DNA of 63,508 nt, filler included. It is 6 parts of 6 records of this genome, joined end to end, with 100 filler letters (N's around TTAATTAATTAA, not from the genome) between each part and the next. Parts side by side here need not be neighbours in the genome. Positions count along the whole stretch, not along the records: positions 45,767 to 57,978 come from SRR31156797_17693; 5 more parts are not named here. One strand, written 5' to 3'. Shown in pieces: positions 48,883 to 58,078 of the stretch (position 1 is its first letter; every line of letters starts with the position of its first letter). The position numbers and the translations under genes are program-made. The notes under the pieces are model-generated. The model saw only the letters and a list, made by a program, of their open reading frames with translations. It was not told the DNA's origin and ran no database searches.

Positions 48883-49509
48883 TTGATAGAACCCATACAA
48901 CTCCTGTACTTCATCGCAGCCTCGGTAGCCCTGACTCTTCTCCCGGGTCCTGATATCCTCTTCGTACTCACCCAGAGCATATCACAGGGAAAGAAGGCAG
49001 GCATGGCTACAGCATCCGGTCTGTGTACCGGCCTGCTGTTCCACACAACTGCGGCAGCATTGGGTGTGTCTGCGATATTGTACAGTTCGGCGGTGGCTTT
49101 CTCTGTCCTGAAATATGCAGGAGCCGTCTATCTTCTATATCTTGCTTACAAGGCGATCCGTGAAGAAGGAAACCTGACATCTCAGGTGTCTGTCAAAGAA
49201 AGGAACCTCTCACTCCTCTACAGAAGAGGTATCTTCATGAATATCCTGAATCCCAAGGTCTCCCTGTTCTTTCTTGCATTCCTGCCACAGTTCATCAATA
49301 CCGGTTCCGTCAGCATCCCAACGCAGATGGTCTTCCTGGGTGCCGTGTTCTTCATACAGGCAATAGTTGTCTTCTTCATAGTATCGTTCTTTGCCGGTAT
49401 GATAGGGACTAAGATCATGGAAAGGCCTGGTCTGGGTAAAAGGATTAACTGGGCGAAGGCTGGTATTTATTCTGTCATTGGTATCGAGCTTGCATTGTCG
49501 CATCAGTGA
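48883..49509 (+). CDS. LysE/RhtB family translocator
   Basis: PGPDILFV, KYAGAVYLLYLA, NILNPKVSLFFLAFLPQF. Confidence 0.93.
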   Translation: MIEPIQLLYFIAASVALTLLPGPDILFVLTQSISQGKKAGMATASGLCTGLLFHTTAAALGVSAILYSSAVAFSVLKYAGAVYLLYLAYKAIREEGNLTSQVSVKERNLSLLYRRGIFMNILNPKVSLFFLAFLPQFINTGSVSIPTQMVFLGAVFFIQAIVVFFIVSFFAGMIGTKIMERPGLGKRINWAKAGIYSVIGIELALSHQ

Positions 49510-49588
49510 GCTGTAAGGTTATTCTTTTGTATCTTTATGAAATAGTTATATAATAACAGTCAAATCATTTCCATATTGGAAGCCTTCC

Positions 49589-50758
49589 ATGTTCGAACTA
49601 AGTATTGCCCTGAGGCATATAAGCGCGCGGAAGCGTCTCACATTCTTCGCAGTGTTTGCGGTAGCTCTTGCCATAGCTGTTATCGTTGTGCTGATGTCCA
49701 TGATGACAGGGTTCACTGAGGAGCTGGTCGATTCCACGGTGGAGAATTCCCCGCATATCGTTGTGAGCTCTTCCGACCAGGATGAGGATTACGTACATTT
49801 CTATAGCTATTATTCGGAGCAGATAGCTGCAATGGATGGTGTGGAGGCGGTGTCTCCTGTATTTGTGGGGCAGGCGGCTATCAGTAACAAGGACAATGCC
49901 GAGGGTGTCAATCTTAATGGTATCGACCCTGTGGCGCAGGATGCTGTAATGCGTATCTCTGATGATATGGTCTCAGGCGACTTGTTCGCTCTGGGGAGGA
50001 GCAACAATGGTATAGTGATAGGTGATGGTCTTGCAGATGACCTGGAAGTTGTTCTGGGAGACAATGTTGATGTTATCATGCCGGGATTAAGTGAGTCCTC
50101 TTTCAAGGTGATAGGTATATTCGACACCGGCTCTTCCAGTGACGAAAGCGTTGCATATGTAAGGTTCGACCCGGCCCTTGACTTCTTTGACGAGAACGGT
50201 GTTGCGAGCAGTATCAATATAAGGGTCACAGATCCGTTCCAGGCGGATGTGATAGCAAGCTCCATCGAAAAAGATACGGACCTTGATGCCCGGAGCTGGA
50301 TCGAGGCTAACAAGGAAATACTCGACCTTCTCAACACTCAGGTCCTCATCGTGTGGATCTACTATGGTCTGATCTACATGATAGCCGGTTTTGGTATTGC
50401 CAATACGCTCTTTACAGTGGTCATGGACAAGAAAAGGGAGATCGGTATGTTGAAGGCAATGGGTGCCTCGAAGGTGAACATAACAATGATCTTCCTGATA
50501 GAATCTCTTGTCCTTGGAACAATGGGGGTGCTTCTTGGATGTTTAATGGGGTATTTCATCTCATTGGCACTGGCATCCTATGAGATCGATCTTCCCAGTG
50601 AGATGTATTTTGGTCTGACAACCCTTCCGCTCAAGGCTGACATCATGAACTATGCATACGCAGTGATCTTTTCATTTTTTATCAATGTAATTGCAGGGGT
50701 TTATCCTGCAAGAAGAGCGGCTGCCCTTGATCCGGTTGAAGCTATTGAAAGTGAATGA
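49589..50758 (+). CDS. ABC transporter permease, MacB/LolE (FtsX) family
   Basis: IALRHI, large extracytoplasmic domain, REIGMLKAMGA, YPARRAAALDPVEAI. Confidence 0.9.
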   Translation: MFELSIALRHISARKRLTFFAVFAVALAIAVIVVLMSMMTGFTEELVDSTVENSPHIVVSSSDQDEDYVHFYSYYSEQIAAMDGVEAVSPVFVGQAAISNKDNAEGVNLNGIDPVAQDAVMRISDDMVSGDLFALGRSNNGIVIGDGLADDLEVVLGDNVDVIMPGLSESSFKVIGIFDTGSSSDESVAYVRFDPALDFFDENGVASSINIRVTDPFQADVIASSIEKDTDLDARSWIEANKEILDLLNTQVLIVWIYYGLIYMIAGFGIANTLFTVVMDKKREIGMLKAMGASKVNITMIFLIESLVLGTMGVLLGCLMGYFISLALASYEIDLPSEMYFGLTTLPLKADIMNYAYAVIFSFFINVIAGVYPARRAAALDPVEAIESE

Positions 50759-50764
50759 GCCTTT

Positions 50765-50786
50765 GGTTTTAACTTAGTTAAAAGCC
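50765..50786. terminator. Hairpin after the permease gene
   Basis: TTTTAAC-TTA-GTTAAAA inverted repeat directly after the stop codon. Confidence 0.3.
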
Positions 50787-50964
50787 GATGTTTGTTCGTA
50801 CTCAAACGAAACGTTTATATCCTTGCGAGTCGTTAGTATGTTTGCGAACGGGTCTATTATTTAGTACCTCTCCAATACATACTAATGTCACCATACCTGT
50901 GCATTCAACCAACATTACCCGTTCGTCCCCTATGTTTTTTTATGAGGCGAACCAATTACCTTCT

Positions 50965-51393
50965 ATGAAGCTAGTGATCGAGACGCCTAAATACAGTTTT
51001 TTTAAATACCATAAAGAAGGCTCGGTCTTTGTCAAAGAATTCCTGTCTCCTGTACCTACAATTTTTAATTATGGTTTTATCGAGGGCAGCCTTGCAGCCG
51101 ATGGTATGGAAAAAGATGTGATGGTCATGGGTCCGCGCATGGCCCAGGGCACTGTTCTGGAGGTATCCCAAACCGATGGCGTTGTCAGATTTGTTGATGA
51201 CTTGCTGGAGGATAATAAAGAGATAGTCTATCTTGGCGGATACTTCTCCAGATCGTTATTCTATTTCTATTTCCATCTATATGCGACGTTTAAGGTCATG
51301 TACTATTTGATTCTAAAGGGCAGGATGAGTTATTGCAGATTTCAGGGGATATCCTGGTATAAGGGTGAACCTGGAAAGCAAAAAGAGAACTAA
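50965..51393 (+). CDS. Divergent family I inorganic pyrophosphatase-like protein
   Basis: VIETPK..FFKY, NYGFIEGSLAADGMEKDVMV, FVDD..EDNK. Start set at ATG 50965 (50932 possible). Confidence 0.7.
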   Translation: MKLVIETPKYSFFKYHKEGSVFVKEFLSPVPTIFNYGFIEGSLAADGMEKDVMVMGPRMAQGTVLEVSQTDGVVRFVDDLLEDNKEIVYLGGYFSRSLFYFYFHLYATFKVMYYLILKGRMSYCRFQGISWYKGEPGKQKEN

Positions 51394-51418
51394 TAGTTAA
51401 GAGAAGCAAGTTATGTTC

Positions 51419-52576
51419 TTACCTTGCGGATATAGCTTCTACAGGGTCAAGACTTGCTGCTCTCTGCGCAGGGTAGATTCCTGCCAGAAGATTTAGCAGG
51501 AAAACAATTGTGATTATTGTCACCACATCTTTTGTTCTGACAACCACAGGTATAACTTCCAATCCATAAACACCTTCAGGAAGCGGATAACTTCCGATGG
51601 ATAATGCCAGTGCAATACCTGCAGCTGTTCCTAAAACAGCTCCTGCAAGTCCCAGTAATCCACTTTCAACAAGGAAAATAAATCTGATATTGGCTTTTGT
51701 TGCACCCATTGCCATTAACATTCCAATTTCTTTCACTTTTCCCATGACTACCATGTTCAGCGTACTTACAACACCAAAAGATGCTATGAGGAGAATAAAT
51801 CCAAGTGTTACATTGTTAGATACGGTCTCAATGGCAATGGTTCTCAGTATCTCGGGTTTGTTCACTGTCCATCCGTCAGCATTATAGCCATTATCCTCAA
51901 TTATCTGTGCAATTTCTCTGTCCCGGTTGAAATCATCAATACGCAGGGAAATTCCGTTTATGACATCATCGGTGTCATAAAAATCCTGTGCAGTTTCCAG
52001 TGAAGTGTATGCAAGTGTTTCATCCAGTGCTGTTCCGGTGTCGTAGATAGCTACAACCTTCAGGGAAACCGGGTTTGCATTGGGAAATGAGACCTCTACA
52101 TTGTCTCCAAGTTCAAGTTCCATGTCCTCTGCAAAACTATCGCCTATAATGATGCTTTTGTCAGAATACGTCAGGCCATTGTAGTCACCTGCTATGACAT
52201 CCTTGCTGGTGTGGGCAACAGCATCTTCCCTGGAAGGTACTATGCCTTTAAGGGCGGCATTTTTTGTATTGTCCTTGAATTTGAATGATGCTTCTCCAAC
52301 AAGATATGGTGAGGAAGCTACAACGCCGTCAATATCATTTATGCTGTCAACTATGTTTTTGTAGAGGTATATGTAGTCGTCTCCGTCCTGGGGTGAAACT
52401 ACTACATGGGGCAGGTTATCAACGGTTTTACTGTAAAGTTCCTGGGTGAATCCTGCCATAAAAGACTGTGATACCATGAGTATCATGACTGCTATCCCAA
52501 TGGCTGCCACTGAAAGAATTGTCTGTCTTTTCCTTGCTTTTATATGTCTAAATGCAATGAACAGTTCGTAGCGCAT
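51419..52576 (-). CDS. ABC transporter permease, MacB/LolE family
   Basis: IAFRHI, KEIGMLMAMGA, YPAQRAASLDPVEAI; paralogue of 49589-50758. Confidence 0.9.
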   Translation of the reverse strand: MRYELFIAFRHIKARKRQTILSVAAIGIAVMILMVSQSFMAGFTQELYSKTVDNLPHVVVSPQDGDDYIYLYKNIVDSINDIDGVVASSPYLVGEASFKFKDNTKNAALKGIVPSREDAVAHTSKDVIAGDYNGLTYSDKSIIIGDSFAEDMELELGDNVEVSFPNANPVSLKVVAIYDTGTALDETLAYTSLETAQDFYDTDDVINGISLRIDDFNRDREIAQIIEDNGYNADGWTVNKPEILRTIAIETVSNNVTLGFILLIASFGVVSTLNMVVMGKVKEIGMLMAMGATKANIRFIFLVESGLLGLAGAVLGTAAGIALALSIGSYPLPEGVYGLEVIPVVVRTKDVVTIITIVFLLNLLAGIYPAQRAASLDPVEAISAR

Positions 52577-52609
52577 CGGTCACACCTTTTAGACCTTTCA
52601 CTTCCAGTG

Positions 52610-53713
52610 TCATCCCTGTCTGGATATCATCATGGCAGCAGTTCCCACAATAAGAAATGTGCTCAGGAACAAAAATCCGGGAGATTCTTCTGATTCCTGT
52701 TTGTCTGTAGTGTTTGTCTGCTCTGCTGAGGGTTCATAGTCAGACTCAATTATCCTTTCCTCAAGATCCAGAATATCGCCGTCATTGCCAATGACTTCAA
52801 TTATAAGTTCATAGACTCCAGTGGTGAGGCGTTCTTCCCATATTGTTTCTACAGTCTCATCGTCTCCGTTAAGAAGCACAGGAGATTTAATTGTGACGGA
52901 CTCGATAATGTCTCCACTATCCTGTTCTGAAACTGTGAATCTTACAGACCCTTCAAAAGGAACCTGTGATGTGCCGTCGATGGTGGCACTGGCACCAATT
53001 TCGTCTTCGTAGCTGTCACTGATGAAAACATCATCCATTGCCGTGAAGCCTTTGGTAAGGGCAATATAATTAACATCCGGGGAGTAAAGTTTGACCTTCA
53101 CCCTGCTGCTGTATTTTTTGTTATTCTCAAGCAGCACATTCCAGTCTTTGCTCACTTCCATGGGCAAGGTGGATGCGGATATTTTCTTCTCGGTTCCGGA
53201 ATAGATAACATCTGAGCCATCTATGATCATGTATTCAACATCTACCAGTACAGCTTCCAGTGGTGTTATCATTACGCTGAACCCCTGTGAATTTGGTACA
53301 AGGTCATCGACTGTAACTCTTGGTATGGTTTGCCTTCCGTTGACAAAACTATATGTGCTTTCATAGATGATGCAGTCACCTGTGGAAATACTGCTTTCAA
53401 CTATGTATTTCCCATCACTTTTATCATCAGTGTCCCATTCGAAAGCTTTGATTAGGTCGGAGCCGGGTTTTATGCTGTCAATGGTGAATGTCCTGCTGTC
53501 AAGTGTCGCACCTGAATGTTCCAGCGTTACCTGGAGTTCAAGTCCGCTTACCTGTTCCGGACTGCTTAATGTCAAATCGCATGTTTCAAGATCGGAATAG
53601 ATGTTCACAATACTTATATCATAGTTTCCTGGATCACAATCTGCTGCAAAAGAAATACCTGTAAGACCAATTATCAGCATGAGGGTTGTCAGGGACAGAA
53701 AGGCTGTTTTCAT
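52610..53713 (-). CDS. Secreted surface protein with PGF-CTERM-like archaeosortase signal
   Basis: Signal peptide; acidic beta-rich body; C-terminal ESPGF followed by a TM helix. Confidence 0.7.
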   Translation of the reverse strand: MKTAFLSLTTLMLIIGLTGISFAADCDPGNYDISIVNIYSDLETCDLTLSSPEQVSGLELQVTLEHSGATLDSRTFTIDSIKPGSDLIKAFEWDTDDKSDGKYIVESSISTGDCIIYESTYSFVNGRQTIPRVTVDDLVPNSQGFSVMITPLEAVLVDVEYMIIDGSDVIYSGTEKKISASTLPMEVSKDWNVLLENNKKYSSRVKVKLYSPDVNYIALTKGFTAMDDVFISDSYEDEIGASATIDGTSQVPFEGSVRFTVSEQDSGDIIESVTIKSPVLLNGDDETVETIWEERLTTGVYELIIEVIGNDGDILDLEERIIESDYEPSAEQTNTTDKQESEESPGFLFLSTFLIVGTAAMMISRQG

Positions 53714-53791
53714 ATAATGGCTCCTGTATCTAAATAAAAATCTTTTTGATACTATTTATACCAATCTATGAATTCGATTACTGCAGATGAA

Positions 53792-54979
53792 TTACTCATA
53801 TCTCAAAGCATCCAGAGGTTTCATCCTCGAAGCCTTCCAGGCAGGATACATACCACCAACAAGACTTGTAAGAATGCCAAAGAAGAATCCTTCTGTGATA
53901 TAGAACATGCTGGACAATGTGAAGAGGTATGAGGTGTTCTTTACAAGCAGCAGCATAACAAGATAACTGCCACCGACTGTAATTATGGCTCCGGCAGTAC
54001 TGGCAAGCACACCAAGGAACAATGCTTCCAGCAGGAACATCTTCAGTATATCTTTTCTGGAAGCACCCACAGCTTTCATTATACCAATTTCTTTTGTGCG
54101 CTCCATAGTTGACATAAGCATAACGTTTAGTATACTTACACCGGCAACAAGCAGTGATATTGAACCTATTCCCATTAGGAAGAGTGATATTGAACTGAAT
54201 ACCTCATCAAGGCTTTCAGATATTATATTGGTGGCAAAAACAGTAACAAGTTCGTCTTTCTTATTGATGCGTTCTTCTATGTCTTCGGAAACAGCATCGA
54301 GTTCATCTATGTCTTCTACAACGACAATTACCTGATCATATCCTTCATCGGCATCAGGGTATAGTTTATCATACATTTCGGATGATGTGAAAACACCATT
54401 ATCCGTGTTTATGTCAAACCCGAGTCCCCTCTCTTTTAGAATACCGACAACCCTTAGTTTGTTATCATCGATTTCTATCTTTTGTCCGGGGCTAAGTTCC
54501 AGGTTGCTGGCTATACCTGAACCAACTACACAGTCAGTAGAACCTGGTTTAAAATACCGTCCTTCTTCAAGTTCCACCAGATTTTCGAGATCATCTTTTT
54601 CAATATTGTAAACCGCAACATATGATTGGATCTCAGCTCCATCTTTCCTATACTCCACAATCTCCCCGCTGGATGATACAGGTATTATACTTTTGATCCC
54701 ATTAACTTTGTTAATCTGATCTACCTGTTTGTCATTTATGTAATCTTCTCCAGGTGCAGGGGATACAATTAATTTGTCTCCTATGTCTGCAAAGGATTCC
54801 GTAACCGAAAGTTTCAGGCTGTTCCCGAGTATTCCCATTGATGAAATTGCAATTACTCCGATGATTATTCCAATGGCTGCAAGTATGGTACGAACAGACT
54901 GTCGTTTTAGATTTCTCTTCGCCAGTTCAGCGTACATATTGTTTTTGAGAAAGGGAGGAATCTTTTCTGTAAGCTTCAT
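53792..54979 (-). CDS. ABC transporter permease, MacB family
   Basis: RNLKR..RTILAAIGIIIG, ISLLVAGVSILNVMLMSTMERTKEIG, PAWKASRMKPLDALR. Confidence 0.92.
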   Translation of the reverse strand: MKLTEKIPPFLKNNMYAELAKRNLKRQSVRTILAAIGIIIGVIAISSMGILGNSLKLSVTESFADIGDKLIVSPAPGEDYINDKQVDQINKVNGIKSIIPVSSSGEIVEYRKDGAEIQSYVAVYNIEKDDLENLVELEEGRYFKPGSTDCVVGSGIASNLELSPGQKIEIDDNKLRVVGILKERGLGFDINTDNGVFTSSEMYDKLYPDADEGYDQVIVVVEDIDELDAVSEDIEERINKKDELVTVFATNIISESLDEVFSSISLFLMGIGSISLLVAGVSILNVMLMSTMERTKEIGIMKAVGASRKDILKMFLLEALFLGVLASTAGAIITVGGSYLVMLLLVKNTSYLFTLSSMFYITEGFFFGILTSLVGGMYPAWKASRMKPLDALRYE

Positions 54980-55662
54980 TCTATAACCTCCCCATCCTGT
55001 ATTCTGATGGTGGTATTGGAGTACTCTTCCAGTTTCGGATCGTGTGTAACCACGATAACAGTTGTTCCGGCTGCGTTGAGCTCCTTCAGCAATTCCATTA
55101 TATTCTGTCCGGTTTTTGTGTCAAGGTTTCCTGTAGGCTCATCTGCTAGCAGGATGGGTGGATTGTTTGCCAGCGCTCTTGCAATTGCAACTCTCTGCTG
55201 CTGTCCTCCTGACATTTCGTTGGGTTTATGTTCTGCAAACTCAAGTGGAAGGTCTGCTTTCTTCAGGACATTAAGGGCTTGCTTTCTTCTTTTTACGGCT
55301 GATGCACCATTGAATATCATGGGTATTTCAACATTCTCAATGGCTGTGAGGGTTGGTATGAGATTGAATTGCTGGAAAATAAAACCAATGTTATTTCTGC
55401 GAATGGCAGTGAGTCCGTCGTCATCAAGTTTTGAAAGGTCTGTGTTGTTGACCTTAACCACTCCTGATGTAGGAAGGTCAAGACAGCCTATCATATTCAA
55501 AAGTGTGCTTTTCCCGGACCCTGAAGATCCCATAATTGTTACAAAATCTCCTTCTTCAATGGAAAAGCTAACTCCGTTAAGTGCATATATCTTGTTCTGT
55601 CCAAGCGTATATATGCGTTTTACATTTTGTAGTTCTACGATGGGATGTTGCGAACGTGGCAT
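54976..55662 (-). CDS. ABC transporter ATP-binding protein (LolD/MacB type)
   Basis: GSSGSGKST, MSGGQQQRVAIARAL, ADEPTGNLD, VTHD. Confidence 0.95.
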   Translation of the reverse strand: MPRSQHPIVELQNVKRIYTLGQNKIYALNGVSFSIEEGDFVTIMGSSGSGKSTLLNMIGCLDLPTSGVVKVNNTDLSKLDDDGLTAIRRNNIGFIFQQFNLIPTLTAIENVEIPMIFNGASAVKRRKQALNVLKKADLPLEFAEHKPNEMSGGQQQRVAIARALANNPPILLADEPTGNLDTKTGQNIMELLKELNAAGTTVIVVTHDPKLEEYSNTTIRIQDGEVIE

Positions 55663-55673
55663 ATAAGCACCAT

Positions 55674-56936
55674 TTATTCAATGAGGCTTTCCTCATCAAT
55701 ACTCTCTTCTTCGCCAGTTTCTTCTTCTTCTTTTTCCTCATCCCTGCGCTTTTTCCAGGAATACCCAATAACTGCAACAATAACTATGGCAATAAGTCCG
55801 GCGACAATCCAGGTGCCGGTAGAGCTTCCTTTATCATCGCTGTTTGAGTACGAGCTTACTGCTTCAAGGGATATTTCCTGGTTGATGCTTGTATATGCGT
55901 TATCAGGGTCTCTGAATTCAATGAGTACGGGTATTGCTGTAGCGTTTCTGGATGTCACCCTGGCACTTAGTTCAAAACTACTGAAATCATCTGCTTCCAG
56001 TGTTCCCACAAAATAATTTGCATAGGGCTGAACAGGCTCAACACCTTCTACATCATCAATTGACACCATGACATTCTTCGCGTCTGTTATTCCAAAGTTG
56101 TTCAGGTCCCCTGAAATGGTGTACGTATCGCCAAGACTTTCTATTTCAATTCCTGTGAATACAAGTGGGGATTGTTTTATAATTCTGACTTCCCTGTTTG
56201 CAATGTCTGAGCTGTGCAGGTTGTCCCCGTTAAAATAAGTGGCTGTGAAAGATACATCGTGGTATCCTTCATCGCAGTTCATGGTATTAAGTGTGAATGT
56301 GGCTGTGGATTTGTTTCCTTCGGGGATACTGCCGACGAAGTAGTCGGAAGGGCTGAAGGTCATGTCATCGGCATGTGGTGTTACTATTACACTTGTAATG
56401 TCATTGGGTCTTCTGTTCACCACGTCCACACTGACTGTGGAAACCTCACTCATAAGGGTTGACGGGAAATTTGAAACTATGACCTTTACGTCTCTATCAT
56501 CAACTTTCACAGGTATGCGGTAGTTAAGGTCATACATATTGCTACCACCAACAATGATAAGATCAACAAAATGAACTCCGGTTGATGCATTATTCCTGAC
56601 TTTTACGTTGAATGTAAGTTTCAGGTTATCTCCTGGACCCATAAGCCCGACATCCGTATAACTCTTGTCAAGTATCTGCAGGTTGCTGTTACCATCAAGA
56701 CTTGCACTGGCAATGTATGCGTTCATGTCCAGTGTTTCATCATCCTCTTCAACGTATATTTCTCCTGTTGCCATGTTTTCAAGGGTAACTGTGATGGTTC
56801 CCATGTCCCCTGGCATAAAAACCAGTGGCTCAATTTCATAGTCTAGACTGAGTGTAGGTCTGATCTCAGTAGTTGCAGACACTGTAGATGAAAAAATGGC
56901 CAGAAGTACGATGGCCAGGATGATTTTTTTAAGCAT
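55674..56936 (-). CDS. COG1361 S-layer-domain family membrane-anchored protein
   Basis: Signal peptide, PLVFMPGDMGTITVTLEN, YFVGTLEADDFSSFEL, C-terminal TM + basic residues. Confidence 0.8.
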   Translation of the reverse strand: MLKKIILAIVLLAIFSSTVSATTEIRPTLSLDYEIEPLVFMPGDMGTITVTLENMATGEIYVEEDDETLDMNAYIASASLDGNSNLQILDKSYTDVGLMGPGDNLKLTFNVKVRNNASTGVHFVDLIIVGGSNMYDLNYRIPVKVDDRDVKVIVSNFPSTLMSEVSTVSVDVVNRRPNDITSVIVTPHADDMTFSPSDYFVGSIPEGNKSTATFTLNTMNCDEGYHDVSFTATYFNGDNLHSSDIANREVRIIKQSPLVFTGIEIESLGDTYTISGDLNNFGITDAKNVMVSIDDVEGVEPVQPYANYFVGTLEADDFSSFELSARVTSRNATAIPVLIEFRDPDNAYTSINQEISLEAVSSYSNSDDKGSSTGTWIVAGLIAIVIVAVIGYSWKKRRDEEKEEEETGEEESIDEESLIE

Positions 56937-56953
56937 TTTTCCCTCTGCTGCGA

Positions 56954-57574
56954 TTAAAACATTATTGCCAGATTAGCTAGCGTGTAGAGCATGTAAAGTC
57001 CGATTGGAATTCCTACGGTCATAATCGAATGTTTAAGGCTCATGTTTCTTGAATACATAAGGCCGAATACCCAGATATTAGTGCTCCAGAGCAGGAATAT
57101 GAGGCCAAGAATCGTTGCAATTCTCATTGTAGGATCAGCCAGAATTGATTCCTGGATCAGGGTTGGGTCTGTAGCTGTAAAATCGATTTTCGTAAATAAC
57201 TTCCTTGTCATGTAGAGGTTGACAATAGATGCAGGTATACTTGGTATCATTCCATAGGATACAAATTCTGCAACTCTTGTAAACTCTCCTTCTCCATGGA
57301 AAATAATTGAAACCAGATAGAAGATAGCGGTATATATTAACCATCCGAAAAAAGCACCAATAACAGCAAAAATGACGGCAACGATTGCTCCAACCCATGC
57401 GTAACTTGCCACTTCCGATGGCAGCATATCCATTACTGTCATTGTTGTTATGTAGGCAGCGATTGCAGCTATAACTGCTAATATGCCTATGATTAAGAGC
57501 GGAGTTTTCCACTCAATATCTTCATTAATCTTCTTTTTGAAGAATCCGTTAGGATTTGTAAGTACTTCCAGCAT
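56954..57574 (-). CDS. Yip1 family membrane protein
   Basis: VLTNPNGFF start, five TMs, GEGEF..VAEFVSYGMIP. Confidence 0.82.
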   Translation of the reverse strand: MLEVLTNPNGFFKKKINEDIEWKTPLLIIGILAVIAAIAAYITTMTVMDMLPSEVASYAWVGAIVAVIFAVIGAFFGWLIYTAIFYLVSIIFHGEGEFTRVAEFVSYGMIPSIPASIVNLYMTRKLFTKIDFTATDPTLIQESILADPTMRIATILGLIFLLWSTNIWVFGLMYSRNMSLKHSIMTVGIPIGLYMLYTLANLAIMF

Positions 57575-57827
57575 TCATTCCACTTCCATTTTATTGACAG
57601 TCTATGTGTTTATCTGTATATAATGAAATCTGTTTATGGAGTGAAGCTATCAGTATTTAAAAATATTTATAGTTTCTCAATTAAATCCAGATAGTATTCA
57701 TGTATCAGAAAAGTCTTCAGGATTGAAACAATCAAATAACCTTTTTATAAGTTCAGGCCTCATTTACTCCTGTCAATATATTATCTTTTCAGTTATCTGT
57801 TAGCAGGATAGCGAAAATCTCGATGGG

Positions 57828-57978
57828 GTGACATTAACGACGCCAGGGGAAAATCTCACCGTTGTGGAAGCAAAAAAGGATGTTCCGGTAATTGAACTTG
57901 CAGATCTTTGTAAGAGTTATCACGTAGGGGACATGGATGTGCCCATACTTAAAAGTGTGAACCTTAAGGTAAAGCAGG
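57828..57978 (+). CDS. ABC transporter ATP-binding protein (N-terminus only)
   Basis: VIELADLCKSYHVGDMDVPILKSVNLKV; cut by the spacer. Confidence 0.7.
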
Positions 57979-58078
57979 NNNNNNNNNNNNNNNNNNNNNN
58001 NNNNNNNNNNNNNNNNNNNNNNTTAATTAATTAANNNNNNNNNNNNNNNNNNNNNNNNNNNNNNNNNNNNNNNNNNNN
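57979..58078. other. Artificial contig spacer
   Basis: N44-TTAATTAATTAA-N44. Confidence 0.98.

Noticed and set aside
45767-57978. Pyrrolysine (TAG) readthrough in the methanogen contig
   Set aside because: No gene shows an internal TAG with continuing homology.
8399-58078. Five regularly structured TTAATTAATTAA motifs flanked by N runs
   Set aside because: Identical 100-nt artificial joiners between contigs, not a biological repeat. ORFs that run into them end or start artefactually.
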